Assembly: GCF_018350175.1 (NCBI RefSeq)
Contig: NC_058368.1
Span: forward strand, 184,762,001 to 184,826,000
Direction: 5' to 3'
Length of the DNA stretch: 64,000 nucleotides
Origin: Felis catus
Taxonomy: Eukaryota
The stretch's first letter is position 1; every line of letters starts with the position of its first letter. Under the pieces are notes generated by a model, which worked only from the letters and a program-made list of their open reading frames with translations, was not told the origin of the DNA and ran no database searches. The translations under genes and the position numbers were made by a program. Shown here in pieces: positions 1 to 12,003 of this stretch.

Positions 1-484
1 ATCTTTTAGGAAGTATAGAAAGGTGGTTTCTTTAAGGAGACATATTCAGCATGAAGATCGTATTGGTTACAAATATAAACAGCTCCCTATAAAGTATAAA
101 TAAATTCACAGAATATGGAACGATAGAGCCACAATAACTTAATAAGAGAGAATAGAGCATCCCAAAAATATATTGCTAAATGTAAAGTTGCCAACCAGGT
201 ACACAACTTCCAAAACATTCTCTAAAATGTGTAATATTCCAAAATATTCTCCTTACAGCCCTTTCCAGAGTAAGAATATTAACTGGCTAAACCATGGGCA
301 GGGCACAGGAAGATAATTCTAAAGATGTCAGCCCTGTTCCTTAAGAGTTTCCGGTCTCTATGATGAAATCGTTGAGAAGGCAATTTCATACCCCCCAAAA
401 AAAAATGTGTCTGTAAACAAAAACACATCCACATATTTGCCATTCCCATATTGATACAAATGTGTAACTAGAAAATATCATCTA

Positions 485-930
485 TACCAACACGTGCTAG
501 ATATTCCTTATCTGCTCCTTCAGTTCCACTCTCCAGCCTTCTCCATCTTGTCTGGTGTCTCAGAAGTCTGACTTTTATAGACTGCATCGCCTGGACTCCT
601 GGCCTTATGGATCTGGCCAATGAAAAGCACCAGAAAGAGATCAAAGGGCCAAAGGAGAGAGAAGTTTTCCTCCCTGCCAGAGGATGGGGTGACAATGGCT
701 GTCCATGGTGCCTGTGCAGGAGTCTTCTCTTACAGCTATAAGTCCCACCAAGTTCTGGTAACTACTTCCTCCCCTTGCACCTATTTCCTACTACTGCTAG
801 GATGGCTCATCATCCCTTAACAGTCCCCCCTAAACTTGCTCACACCTTTGTAAATAAGCGGTTATTAAAGTGTCTTTAATAACCTCTCAAAGAGACTTTC
901 CATTTCCTGCCACCCAACTGATATGATACA
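485..930 (+). mobile_element. ERVL solo LTR, LTR33-like
   Basis: Resembles recalled LTR33 consensus (ggccaatg..aagcaccag..agagatc; cacacctttgtaaata..ttattaaa; ends tgataca). Confidence 0.65.
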
Positions 931-1123
931 GTGATCTCCAAACTTAATTCATAATCATTTGTAAAGCTTTTTAGAAACACAGATTCCCAGAGCCTATCCA
1001 AGACCTAATGAATCAGAATCTCTATGCTTGGAGCTAAAGAACAAATAGCTTCAATAAACAACATAGGTGATTCCAACGCAGCCAATCTGGCAACCATCCC
1101 CACACCAGCATTTGGGAACCAGC
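929..1123. mobile_element. hAT-Charlie DNA transposon relic, MER5-like
   Basis: cagtgatctccaaactt...cagattccc...aatgaatcagaatctct...aggtgattc...tttgggaacca. Confidence 0.6.
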
Positions 1124-2393
1124 CACCCTCTCTGAAGACCTTCCCATGCCAAACTGAGGCATCTGAAAACAAACATGGTGCTTCCAGAATCCAACCTCAG
1201 CCACCCTTCCCTCTGACACCAGAGCAACCAGTACACAGAAAAAGTGGGTTCTCCACGGGGACATCGAAAGCCAAGGAAAACAAGTGTATGGTCTCACATG
1301 ATAGGAGATACTCCTGAGCACATAAAATAAATGCTCAACTACTCCCTTCACATTTTATTAGATTCTCAATTGAAAATCACTTTTCAACCATTTTACAGGA
1401 AATGAAATGCATTTTTACCTCCATCTGGTGCCAAAATTAACAAAGTAGAAAATGCCGAGTAGTTTAGACCTGCCCAGCTTTAGTTCAGAATGGGCACTGG
1501 AGCACCCAGTGCCCTCCAGCCTTGGGGAAATGAGGCCTGTTTATTCCTGAACCATGAACCTCTGGTAGGACCAGCAGATAAAGAGAATCAAGAGCCCAAC
1601 CTGCTCCAGTCTCGTGAGATCTACTCTCCATTCTGAAGCCAAAGGCATCAGGAGATGGGCTAAGCTGACCATCTGTTCTTCTCTCTGATAATATGTAATT
1701 AAGTAATTTATTTATTCAGCACTTGAACCCCCTCCTCTCACCTCCCATTAGTCAGGGATGATTATGCCAGACCCAGCTGTAGGTAACATATTGCACACTC
1801 AGACAAGCTCTGTGCTACAAAGCACTCTGCTAGCCTCCTGGCTATCACCACCTCTCAGACCTGACCACAGGAGTAACTGCGCGAGGCTTGCTGCTCTGCT
1901 GGCTTTGCTTTCTTCCCCAACGCTTAGGCGCCACTTTCCTGCTGTGCATTAAACCATTTACTGTGCATATTTAATTCATTTGTTCAAAGATGAATTTACC
2001 CACATCCTCTGATCACTTCCACCAAGCCAGCTAGGCATCACCAATGGATTTCTCCCATCTGGTAAATTTTATCTAAAATATAAACAAACAAATGTACACA
2101 GAGCCTGACATACAACTATAGAGTGCTGGGATTGATTCCATAAGCCTCCAGCAAAACGTACCACTGAAACTATGATTACATATAGCATATGTAATGTTTT
2201 GCATATTACATGTGATGCTTTGCATAGTACATCTGTTTTTGTAGCCTGACCAACAAATATTTCCCTTTTGCTGATAGTGCGTTTTTAATATTTTATGGGA
2301 GACCATCATTCTTTACTCAATGTCCCTGGAGTTTATTGAGGCTGGCTCAATTCAAGGTTGGCCTAGCCCAATGAATGCAAATTCTAGAAATAT

Positions 2394-2612
2394 TTTTTTT
2401 AATTTTGTTTATGTTTATTTATTTTTAAGAGCGAGAGAGACAGAGCGTGAGCAGGGGAGGGGCAGAGAGAGAGGGAGACACTGAATTGGAAGCAGGCTCC
2501 AAGCTCTGAGCTGTCAGCACAGAGCCCAACATGGGGTTCGAACTCACAGAATGTGAGATTGTGACCTGAGCCAAAGTCGGACGCTTAACCAACTGAGCCA
2601 CCCAGGTGCCCC
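2394..2612 (-). mobile_element. CanSINE (SINEC_Fc type)
   Basis: Reverse-complement tRNA head (ctgagccacccaggtgcccc), (GA)n, T-rich tail; TSD ct(a/g)gaaatattt. Confidence 0.95.
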
Positions 2613-2871
2613 TGGAAATATTTGTTTTAAATGAAGCTTTTTCCACTGATGTCTAAGAAGATAGCAGTTGCTTGGGTCATTGGTGATCATCTTGTCATCT
2701 TAGCATTAGCTCGCTAAATAAATTCATATAGAACTAAGAGATGGAGAGACCAACTCCTGAGCAACCAAGTTACCATTTCAGTACCTGGATCCAGCTGAAG
2801 CTATATGTATTCCAGGGTTTTTCTGGTATATAAACCAATAAATTCCTATCACTGCGTTAGTCACTTAGTTA

Positions 2872-3072
2872 TTTTTTTTTTTTTAATTTGAGAGAGAGAG
2901 AGAAAGAGAGAGAGAGCAGGAAAGAGGGGCAAGGGGGAAGAGACAGAGAATCCCAAGCAGGCTCCACGTTCAGTGCAGATCCCAATGTGGGGCTTGATCG
3001 TACAACCCTGGGACCAAGACCAGAGCCAAAATCAAGAGTCGGATGCTCAACCAACTGAGCCACCCAGGCACC
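2872..3072 (-). mobile_element. CanSINE
   Basis: Reverse-complement head, (GA)n, poly-T; TSD cact(t/c)agtta. Confidence 0.95.
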
Positions 3073-3474
3073 TCACTCAGTTAGTTTTGAACATTTGCAA
3101 ACATAAAATTTTGATTGATATACTTTCCTCATTTTAAGTGTTACAGGTCACTATGAAGCCTCAATAATTGTTCAGGCATGGATTGGGTAAATTGACCTCA
3201 ATGTAGCACATTCTTTTTTTATACACATTGTACAAAGAGACCATAAACAAATATAAAACCAGATCTCAAAAAGAACGTAAAAACAATGACTCCAAAAGCA
3301 TGGATTCTTGAGAATTGGAAGGGGTTAAAAGTTATTATAGTACAGTCTAACAGCCAATGATATTAGTTCCCTAACACTGATATTACTCAAGGGGAAACTG
3401 GAGGACATTTGCACAGGATGTAGTAGAGAGTGTTCTCAGAGCAAAGAGGATAGTTTGGCGTCCACAAAGATTGT

Positions 3475-3962
3475 TGTGGTAAGCTGAATAATAGACCCCC
3501 AAAGATATTCATGTCCTAATCTCTGGAATCTGTGAATATTGTCTTATATGGCAAAAAAAGAACTTTGCAGATATGATTAAATTAAGGACCTTGAAACAAT
3601 GAGATTGTCCTGGATTATCCAGGTGGACCCTAAATACAATCACAAGTATCCTTCCAAGAGGGAGACAGAGGGAGATTTGACTACACACAGAAGAGAAGGC
3701 AATGTGACCATGGAAGCAGAGAAAAGCATGATGTGGCCACAAGCCAGCAAATGTTAGCAGCCACCAAAAGCTGTAAGAGGCAAGGAACTGATTCTCTCCT
3801 AGAGTCTCCAAAGACAATGCAGCCCTGCAGATAGCTTGATTTTGGCCCACTACAACTGATGTCAGACTTCTGGCCTCTGGAAATATGAAATAATAAATTT
3901 CTATTGTTTTCAACTACCAAGTTTGTGGTAACTTGTTACAGCAGCCGTGGGAAACTAATAAA
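3475..3962 (+). mobile_element. MaLR solo LTR, MLT1D-like
   Basis: Starts tgtggtaagctgaataat..cccccaaagat; ends gttacagcagcc..ggaaactaata. Confidence 0.85.
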
Positions 3963-4039
3963 GCATTCACAACTCCAGTGTCCTGTGATTTCTTTTTATT
4001 TTAGACACCCCTTTATATCATTGGCAGATGATAATGATA

Positions 4040-4290
4040 TTGATAAACATTTCTTTAGGGCTTACTCTGTGCCATGCACCATCACAACAACTTTATATGT
4101 ATTACTCCATTTAAATTTCTCAGTGACCTTATGACACATTTACCATTATGATGGCATTTTGCAGATAGGCAAAGAGAAACTCATGGAGGTTAAATAGCTT
4201 GCCATGGCAACAAAGCTAATAAATTATAAAGCCAGAATTTAAATTCAAATAATCTGATTTCAGAGTATGAGATCTTAACTATTATAGATA
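4040..4290 (-). mobile_element. MIR SINE
   Basis: Reverse-complement MIR core (cattttgcagataggcaaa..gaggttaaatagcttgcc). Confidence 0.7.
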
Positions 4291-4435
4291 AGATAATGCC
4301 TACTTACGTTTTATCCCTCTCAGTGATGAAGAAAGGAGAAAGTCATCACTCATCTGGAAGGTGATGCTTCTTGCACAGATGCTTCAATTCAGCAAGAAGT
4401 TTCCCTCATATCAAGCCCAAATTTATCTCCTTCTA

Positions 4436-5141
4436 AATGGGAACCCTCTTGCACTATTGGTAGGAATGCAAACTGGTACAGCCGCTCTGGAAACAGTGTG
4501 GCGGTTCCTCAAAAAATTAAAAATACATCTACCCTATGACCCAGCAATAGCACTACTATGAATTTATCCAAAAGATACAGAAGTGCTGATTCATAGGGGC
4601 ACATGTACTCCAACGTTTATAGCAGCACTTTCAACAATAGCCAAATTATGGAAAGAGCCTAAATGTCCATCAACTGATGAATGGATAAAGAAGATGTTGT
4701 TTGTATATACAATGGAATACTACTTGGCAATGAGAAAGAATGAAATCATGCCATTTGCAGCAACGTGGATGCAACTGGAAGATATTATGCTAAGTGAAAT
4801 GAGTTATCAGAGAAAGACAGATATCATATGTTTTCACTCATATGTGGAACTTGAGAAACTTAACAGAAGTCCATGCGGGAAGAGAAGGGGGGGAAAATAG
4901 TTACAGAGAGGGAGGGAAGCAAACCATAAGAGACTCAGAGAACAAATACAGAGAACAAAATGAGGTTGATTGGGGGGGGGGAGAAGGGGAAATGGGTTAT
5001 GGGAATTGAGGAAGGGACTTGCTGGAGTGAGCACTGGTTGTTGTATGTAAGCAATAAACCACAGCAATCTATCCCCAAAACCAAGAGCACACTGTACACA
5101 CTGTATGTTAGCCAATTTCACAATAAATTATGTTAAAAAAG
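4436..5141 (+). mobile_element. 5'-truncated carnivore/felid L1 (ORF2 C-terminus + 3'UTR)
   Basis: Translates to L1 ORF2 C-terminal motifs (VWRFLKKLKIHLPYDPAI; KCPSTDEWIKK); G-rich 3'UTR, aataaa; 14-bp TSD tttatctccttcta at 4422-4435 and 5142-5155. Confidence 0.95.
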
Positions 5142-5169
5142 TTTATCTCCTTCTATAACTTCTGCCTAT

Positions 5170-5720
5170 TATAAAGCCCTCTGGAGATACAAAGAATAAA
5201 TCTAATTGGTGTTCCACAACACAACTCATCACACCCCCTCAAATTTTCCCTTCTCCAAGCTAAATCTCCCTGTGTTTTAAATTCATCCTTGGGGCGCCTG
5301 GGTGGCTCAGTTGGTTGAGTGACCAACTTCAGCTCAGGTCATGATCTCACGGTTTGGGAGTTCAAGCCCCATCAGGCTCTGTGCTGACAGCTCTGAGCCT
5401 GGAGCCTGCTTCAGATTCTGTGTCTCCCTCTCTCACTCTGCCCCTCCCCCACTCATGCTCTGTATCTCTCTGCCTCAGAAATAAATAAACATTAAAAATA
5501 AAATAAAATAAAATAAAATAAAATAATAAACTCATCCTCATATGACATAGTATCCCAATGTTTCACTATGCTAACTGTCCCTGTCATGACATATCACAAG
5601 TCTATTAATATTCTGTAAAGTGCAGTATCCAGAACACAATGTCATGTTCTAGTTAGGTCTTGCCAGCACAAAATATAAAGAAACTATTACCTCTATTGTC
5701 CTGGTCATAAATTCCATTAG
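5170..5720 (-). mobile_element. CR1/L3 LINE relic interrupted by a SINE
   Basis: ttctccaagctaaa..ccc; aaagtg..ccagaac..; actattacctc resemble reverse-complement L3. Confidence 0.45.
5291..5527 (+). mobile_element. CanSINE
   Basis: ggggcgcctgggtggctcag head, CT-rich body, (TAAAA)n tail; TSD aaa(t/c)tcatcct. Confidence 0.95.
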
Positions 5721-5743
5721 GCTACTTTAAAAATATGGTCTTT

Positions 5744-6646
5744 AACATGAAAAGGCACTCAATAGTAATAAGCACAGAAATACAAATCAAAATCACAATG
5801 AAATATCATTTCACACCTGTTAGAATGGCTATCCTCAAAACAAGACAGAACAAGTGTTGGCAAGTTTGTGGAAATAAGGGAACCTCTGAACACTGATGGT
5901 GGAAATGTAAATTGGCACAGCCACTGTAGAAAACAGTGTGAAGATTCCTCAAACAAATTGAAAATGTAGCTACCACATGATCCAGTAATGTCACTTCTGA
6001 GTATTTATCCAAAAGAATGGAAGAGATATCTGCCCTCCTATGTTCAATGTAGCATTATTCACAATAGGCAAGATATGGAAACAACCTAAGTGTCTGTCAA
6101 TGGATGAATGGATAAAGAAGATGTGGTATATATACTATGGAGTTTTATTCACCCATGAGAAAGAAGGAAACCCCACCTTTTGCAACAATACAGACGGACC
6201 TTATTATCCTAAGTGTAATAACCCACACAGAAAAAAGGTAAATGTTATATACTACTTATATGTGGAATCTAAAAGAAGCAAACTTACAGAAACAGAAACT
6301 ATAATGGTGGTTACCAGAGGCTAGGTCATAGGGGCAATGGGGAGATATTGGTCAAAGAGAACAAACTTCCAGTTATAAGATGAATAAGTTCTGGGGATCT
6401 AATGTCCAGCATGGTGATTACAGTTAATAATGCTGTATTATATCTTGAAAGTTGCCAAGGGAGTAGATCTTACATGTTTTCACCACAAAAAGACATGGTA
6501 ATGATGTGATATAATGGGTGTGTTAGCTAACACTATAGTGGCTGGTGATTATTTTGCCACTTATAAATGTGTTAAGTCAGCATGTTATATACCTTAAATT
6601 TATACAATGTTACATATCAATTATATCTCAACGAAGCTGGGGAAAA
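5744..6646 (+). mobile_element. L1 3' fragment, L1MA9-like
   Basis: ORF2 end ([22 protein letters not shown]) and 3'UTR gttataagatgaataagttctggggatctaatg. Confidence 0.85.
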
Positions 6647-7879
6647 TACATTCTTTGGCTTAGCAGTGATATAATGGACACACACTTTCAGAGTGAGGAT
6701 AACATTCATGGAGTATACATGAAGTAATTCAACAAGAAAAGTTAATTTTAGGACTTCAGGCAACAATATCAGATCAGCTAACATGAAATCTTCTGCTATA
6801 AAACATATAGCTATTCTGGTTAAAATATCACAAATATCCTTTTAAATACATGTCTGAACTCAAATAAAAGTACAGGAAATACCCAGAGGTCAAAAATGAA
6901 GATAACACTCAGTGAGATAGTATCATGTTATCCTGGTTTGGTGATTGGGGAAGGGATGGATCTGGTCTCAGCCTAGGGGCTTTGATTTTAATAGCTGACC
7001 ACATACTACATAAGACCTGGAACCTATGAGAAGCAGAAAGCTGGAAATGAGACCCTCGTCCTTAATCCAGGAACTTTAGAGGACTGCATTTTCAGTGAAA
7101 TGGTGTTCTCACTGGAAAAGAAATGTAATGAGGAGGTTGGTACAATTCTACATTTCAGGCATGAGGAGGGGAGGAACCCCCCCTAAAAATTTTTAACCAG
7201 AATCCCATGAGTTTGGTTTTATTTTACACTCTCCTTGCAGAGTCCTGTATTCCTAAGGCATGACATTAACATAAAAAGACATCCTGGAGCACCCAGCAGG
7301 AGAAAATGAGAAACTTATTTAGATGAAGAAAAACTCAGCCTAAATCACACAGAAATCCCATAGATAAAGCTCCCACTGAGGATACACATGCAAAACAAAA
7401 TTATAGAGCTGAAGAGGAAAAATCTAGTATTCATGTTAAATCAGCAGATAAACAGAAGGACTAGACTTCCAAGAACTTCAGATAACAGATTTTTTTTTTC
7501 AAAAAAATATGCTTAAAATGATTAAAAGGGCAATGTATTGAAAGCATGCATGCATTTAGTTCTGGCTTTTCCCAAAGCCCTACTAAAATGATAGTAAACC
7601 TTTTTCCTCCATAAGGCATAAACTCATACATGTAGAAAGAAAAAAAAAAATGAGAACAAAAACAGGAAAAAAAAATTTAGAGGATAAAAAGCTAATGGAC
7701 TAGTGATAATTAACTAGGACACAAGAAAAAGCTAGCAATATAAAGTAGAAATAAGAAAAGCCAAGAAAAACCCAATTTACTTCACAGATGACACCTACAT
7801 AGTCAATAAGTCCCACCCATATGACCAGAATGTTCATAGCTCCACTGGACACATAAACAGATAACCTAAGGATGAGCCA

Positions 7880-8135
7880 TCTGAGAAAGAGGATGTAGAA
7901 GTTAGACTAGACCTGAATTCCAACTCTGCAATTCTTACTGTGTAACTTTAGGCAAGTTATTTGCCTTCTTTATAGTTCAGCTTCTTCATGTGTAAAATTG
8001 AGGAATTGATAATACTCACCTCTAATATTTAATGTGAGAATGAAATAAGTTAACATGTATTGAGTAAGTTAATACGTATAATGCACTAGAAGAGTGATGA
8101 CCACATAGTAGGTATTCAATAAATGTCTGCTACTA
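7880..8135 (+). mobile_element. MIR SINE
   Basis: tgtgtaactttaggcaagttatttgcct..cagcttcttcatgtgtaaaat; 3' end cacatagtaggtattcaataaatg. Confidence 0.8.
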
Positions 8136-8159
8136 CAGTTGCCATTGTTGTCTGAAGAG

Positions 8160-8385
8160 AGTTGTAACATAGAAGAGAAGACAAAATGAAGAAGCTAAAG
8201 CAAATTGGAAGAAATAGAGATAATGTAGGGGAAAATTTTTTAACTTATGTGAATATCCTCAGAGAGATAAAATATCCTGGCCGTTGTGTACAAGAAACAA
8301 GAGCAGACATTCATTTAAAAATAATAATAATAATAGAGAATAAGTATGGCCAAAAGAAAGAATTGAAAATAGATTTCAAGGAATC
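8160..8385 (+). mobile_element. HAL1-like fragment (part 1)
   Basis: A-rich L1 ORF1-like sequence (aatatcctcagagagataa..gaaacaaga) that appears to resume after 11060. Confidence 0.4.
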
Positions 8386-8389
8386 TCTG

Positions 8390-11060
8390 AAAGCACTTCT
8401 GTAATGGTGGAAAAAGGATATCTGAAAATTTTCTCACCCATAAAAGCAATGGAACACTGGCAAAAACTGACAAACTTATTCTGAACTCAGAAATTAACCA
8501 ATGATATAAAACAATTCAAGGATTCTTTATTCAATGAAAACATCTGAGTCTCAATAAGGACAATGAGGTTTGTGGTATTCTAACTTAGCCTATTCCCATC
8601 ACCCTCTACCTAATTCTGCAATAGTTCTGAAAATAAGAGTCTAACAAAACCGGGAGCAGTGGAAACAAGCAGCCTTAGAGAGTTCAAATGGTATACTCAG
8701 AAACCTAATTAACACTAAGCAAAACAGCAATGGAGAAACAGAGAAACAAAAAGACAAAAGACATAAAGATATAGATAGCAAACTTGCACATATAAATCTT
8801 ACCTTACCAGTGATCGCATTAAATGTAAATGGCGTAAACACTCCAATCAAAAGTCAGAGATTGACAGATCAAGAGATACAAGAAATATAATTTAGAGCCA
8901 AAGACACAAATAGCTGGAAAGTAAAAGGACAGTAAAAGATATACATTGCAAAGAGTAACCAAAAGAAGTTAGAGTGATGAGAAGAAGTTAAGATGGCAGA
9001 GGAGTAGGAAGACTCTAAGCTTGTCTCATCCCTCAAAACATCCCAAAACACATCCCTCAAACATCCTTAAAACAGCTAGATAGTTATCATTCTAAACACC
9101 CAAGAAAGCAACTGGATGTTGGAGAGAACAAAAATTGCAAGTCTACAAGTAGAAAAGCAACTTCCTCTGGGAAGGTAGGAGGTGCAAAGAGCTGACTCGG
9201 GAGCGATATAGCTATGGATAAGGCAGTGAGGAGGGAGTCTGCTCACAGAAGCTACTGCAAAGTATTATAAGCAGCAGAGCACAAAATCTGAATTTCTAGA
9301 AGTTCTCTACCATGGGGGACATGCCTGGCCTAAAGGTGGCAAAGCAGGCATAATCCCAGGAGTGACAGCATGGTCTGAGGACTCCTGCATCACAAGAAGA
9401 AAGGGTGGTGACAATGTGCTGCACTTTTCCCAGGCATAGCAGCAGAGATTCAGGTGGAGAGCAGCAAGCTGGATGCTGGCTTTCTGCTCTGTTTTGCCAT
9501 AAACTCTGAACCACTGCATGGTCATGTGACTGCTTTCCTCACAGGAGCCCGCAAATGACAAAACACAGCAAGATCCTCCCCCAGAGCAACAGTGCAGGTC
9601 TGCAGTATAGAGGTTCCTCAAAAAACTAAAAATACACCTACCTACTATCCAGCAACTGCATTACTAGGTATTTACCTAAAGGTTACAAAAATACAGATCT
9701 GAAAGGGTACATGCACGCTGATGTTACAGCAGCATTATCAACAATAGCCAAACTATGGAGACAACTCAAATGTCCATCTACTGATGAATGGATAAAAAAA
9801 ATGTGGCATGCATATATATATGCATGCACGCGCGCACACACACACATACATATAATGTAATATTACTCAGGCATCAAAAAGAATGAAATCTTGCCATTTG
9901 CAATGACACTAATAGAGCTAAGAATGTATTATGCTAAGTGAAATAAGTCTGTTAGAGAAAGACAAATACCATATGATTTCACTCATATGTGGAATTTAAA
10001 AAACAAAACAGATGAACATACAGGAAGGTGTAAAAGATGAGAGAGGGAAACAAACCACAAGACATTTTTAACAATCGAGAATAAACTGAGGGTTAATGGA
10101 GGGAGGTGAATGGGAGACGGACTAGATGGATGACAGGTCCTAAATTGGCATTTGTTGTGATGAGCACTGGATGTTGTATGTAAGTGATGAATTACTGAAT
10201 TATACTCCTGAAACCAATATTGCACTGTATGTTAACTAAAATTTAAATAGAAATTTAAATTAAAAAAATTAGAGTGATACTCATATCAAGCAAAATAAAC
10301 CTTAAGATAAAATTGTCACTAAACACAAAGACAATTTATAATGATAAAAAAGTCGATCTATCAGGAAGACATGATTATAAATATATTCAACTAATAAAAC
10401 CCCAAAATAAATGTAGTCAAAACTGACATAATTGAAGTAAGAAATACACAATTCAACAAAGATAGTTGGAGGATTCAAAACCCCACCTTCAACAATGGAT
10501 AGAATAACTAGACAAAATATCAACAAGAAAACAGAAGAAATGAACAACACTATTAACCAGCTAGACCATGCTGAGATCTATAGAACTTTCCACCCAACAA
10601 GAGAAAAATATAATTATTTAAGGGCTCATGGAACATTCCCCAGGATATACCATATGCTAGACCATAAAACAGCTTTCAGTACATGTATAAGGATTTATAT
10701 CTTACAAAACGTGTTCTCCAACCACAATGAAATGAAATTAAAAATCAATAACAGAAGGACATTAGAGAAATTGACTAATATGTGGAAATCACACAATAGA
10801 GTTCTAAATGACCAATGGGTCAAGAGAAATCACAAGGAAAATTAGAAAAATACATTAAAATGAATGAAAACAAAATACAACATACCAAAATTTATGGGAT
10901 GTAGCTGAAGTAATACAAGAAAGGAAATTTATAACTATAAAAATCTATATTAAAACAGAAGAAAGACCTTAAGTCAGCAACCTAACTTTCCACTTCAGGA
11001 AATTAGAAAAAAAAAAAGAGAGAGAGAGAGAGAGAGAGCAAACTAAACCCAATGAAAACA
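8390..11060 (+). mobile_element. Old L1M element (5' end remnant + decayed ORF2 endonuclease region) interrupted by a younger L1 at 8979-10268
   Basis: Decayed ORF2 EN motifs (LNVNG.NTPIK; KDTN..KVKG) run to 8978 and resume at 10279; ORF 10495-10845 contains IYRTFHP, HGTFPRIYHMLDHK and FSNHNEMKLKIN. Confidence 0.85.
8979..10268 (+). mobile_element. Carnivore L1 with large internal deletion (5'UTR joined to ORF2 C-terminus/3'UTR)
   Basis: Begins gaagttaagatggcagaggagtagg (L1 5' start); switches at about 9605 to aggttcctcaaaaaactaaaaata; A-rich end; TSD ttagagtgat at 8969-8978 and 10269-10278. Confidence 0.85.
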
Positions 11061-11710
11061 TAAGAGGAGACAAAGGAGGAAAGAGTAAATCATAACAGAA
11101 AGATATAGAAACTGAAAATAAGAAAATAGGGAAAAAAAGATAATAACATTAGAGGTATAGTCCAGGAGGTCCAACATCATTAAATGAATAAGAAAATAAA
11201 AGAAATGGAGATAAGTGAACCATCCAAACAAGAACTATTATTATTATTATTCAAGAAAGTTCCCATAATGGAAGGATATAAGCTTCCAAATTTAAAAAGG
11301 TATACTAAGTTACCAGAAAAATGGATGAAAATAAATGTACATCAAAACACATCAATGTGAAAACTTCAGAACATTAGGAAAAATACATCAGAGCATACTA
11401 AATGGCTTGATTGTGAACAGTGCCTATAAAGCCATAATAATATATACATTTGCATATTGGAATACCAATCTAACAAATTTCAACTAAATTTATTGGAAAA
11501 ATACGATTTCATTTTGTGGTAGGGATCAAGCATGAAATAGAGCTAAATCTTCCTTGAGCTTTCTCATTTGAAACTGCATAGATAACACTTAAAATTTTTA
11601 AATCAACAAATAGCAATAAAAGCATGTTATTTAGAAGCATGATGTTAAATTCCAAAATAAGTTAAAATAACTAAAGTGGTTTCTCTGGAAGAGCAAAACA
11701 AGAAGAGCAG
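11060..11710 (+). mobile_element. HAL1-like fragment (part 2)
   Basis: tccaggaggtccaacatc...caagaaagttccc...acacatcaatgtgaaaacttcagaaca matches recalled HAL1. Confidence 0.6.
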
Positions 11711-11775
11711 AAGAGAGGGAAGCAGGACTAAAGTAAATGAACACAGCACCATTTTAAAAGAGCAGGAAGATTTGA

Positions 11776-12003
11776 GGGGCGCCTGGGTGGCTCAGTCATT
11801 GAGCATCCGACTTCAGCTCAGGTCATGATCTCACAGGTTGTGAGTTTGAGCCCTGCGTTGGGCTCTGTGCTGACCATGCAAAGTCTGGAACCCACTTCGA
11901 GTTCTGTGTCTCCCTCTCTCTTTGCCCCTCCTCTGTTCATGCTCTATCTCTCTCTCTCTCTTAAAAACAAATAAACATTAAAGAAATTAAAAAATTAAAA
12001 AAA
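11776..12003 (+). mobile_element. CanSINE
   Basis: Head, CT-rich body, A tail; TSD aaagagcaggaa(g/a)a(t/c)ttga. Confidence 0.95.

Larger units (their letters stand above)
2330..3122 (+). mobile_element. Old MaLR LTR (MLT1K/L-like) interrupted by two SINEs
   Basis: cctggatccagctg...aaccaataaattcc...ttgcaaac..aaa..ttgattgatata resembles an MLT1 3' end; highly diverged. Confidence 0.45.

Noticed and set aside
4361..4900. ORFs of 66 and 105 aa with protein-like sequence
   Set aside because: C-terminal fragments of L1 ORF2 in a truncated copy, not a host gene.
9026..9075. Short degenerate repeats (catccc..aaaaca) and other 13-bp duplications (48879/48899, 58948/58964) considered as a repeat-spacer array
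   Set aside because: Only 2-4 short copies without unique spacers of regular length; ordinary slippage products in mammalian DNA.
10495..10845. 116-aa ORF with endonuclease-like motifs
   Set aside because: Decayed L1 ORF2 segment with stops and frameshifts on both sides; no sign of domestication.
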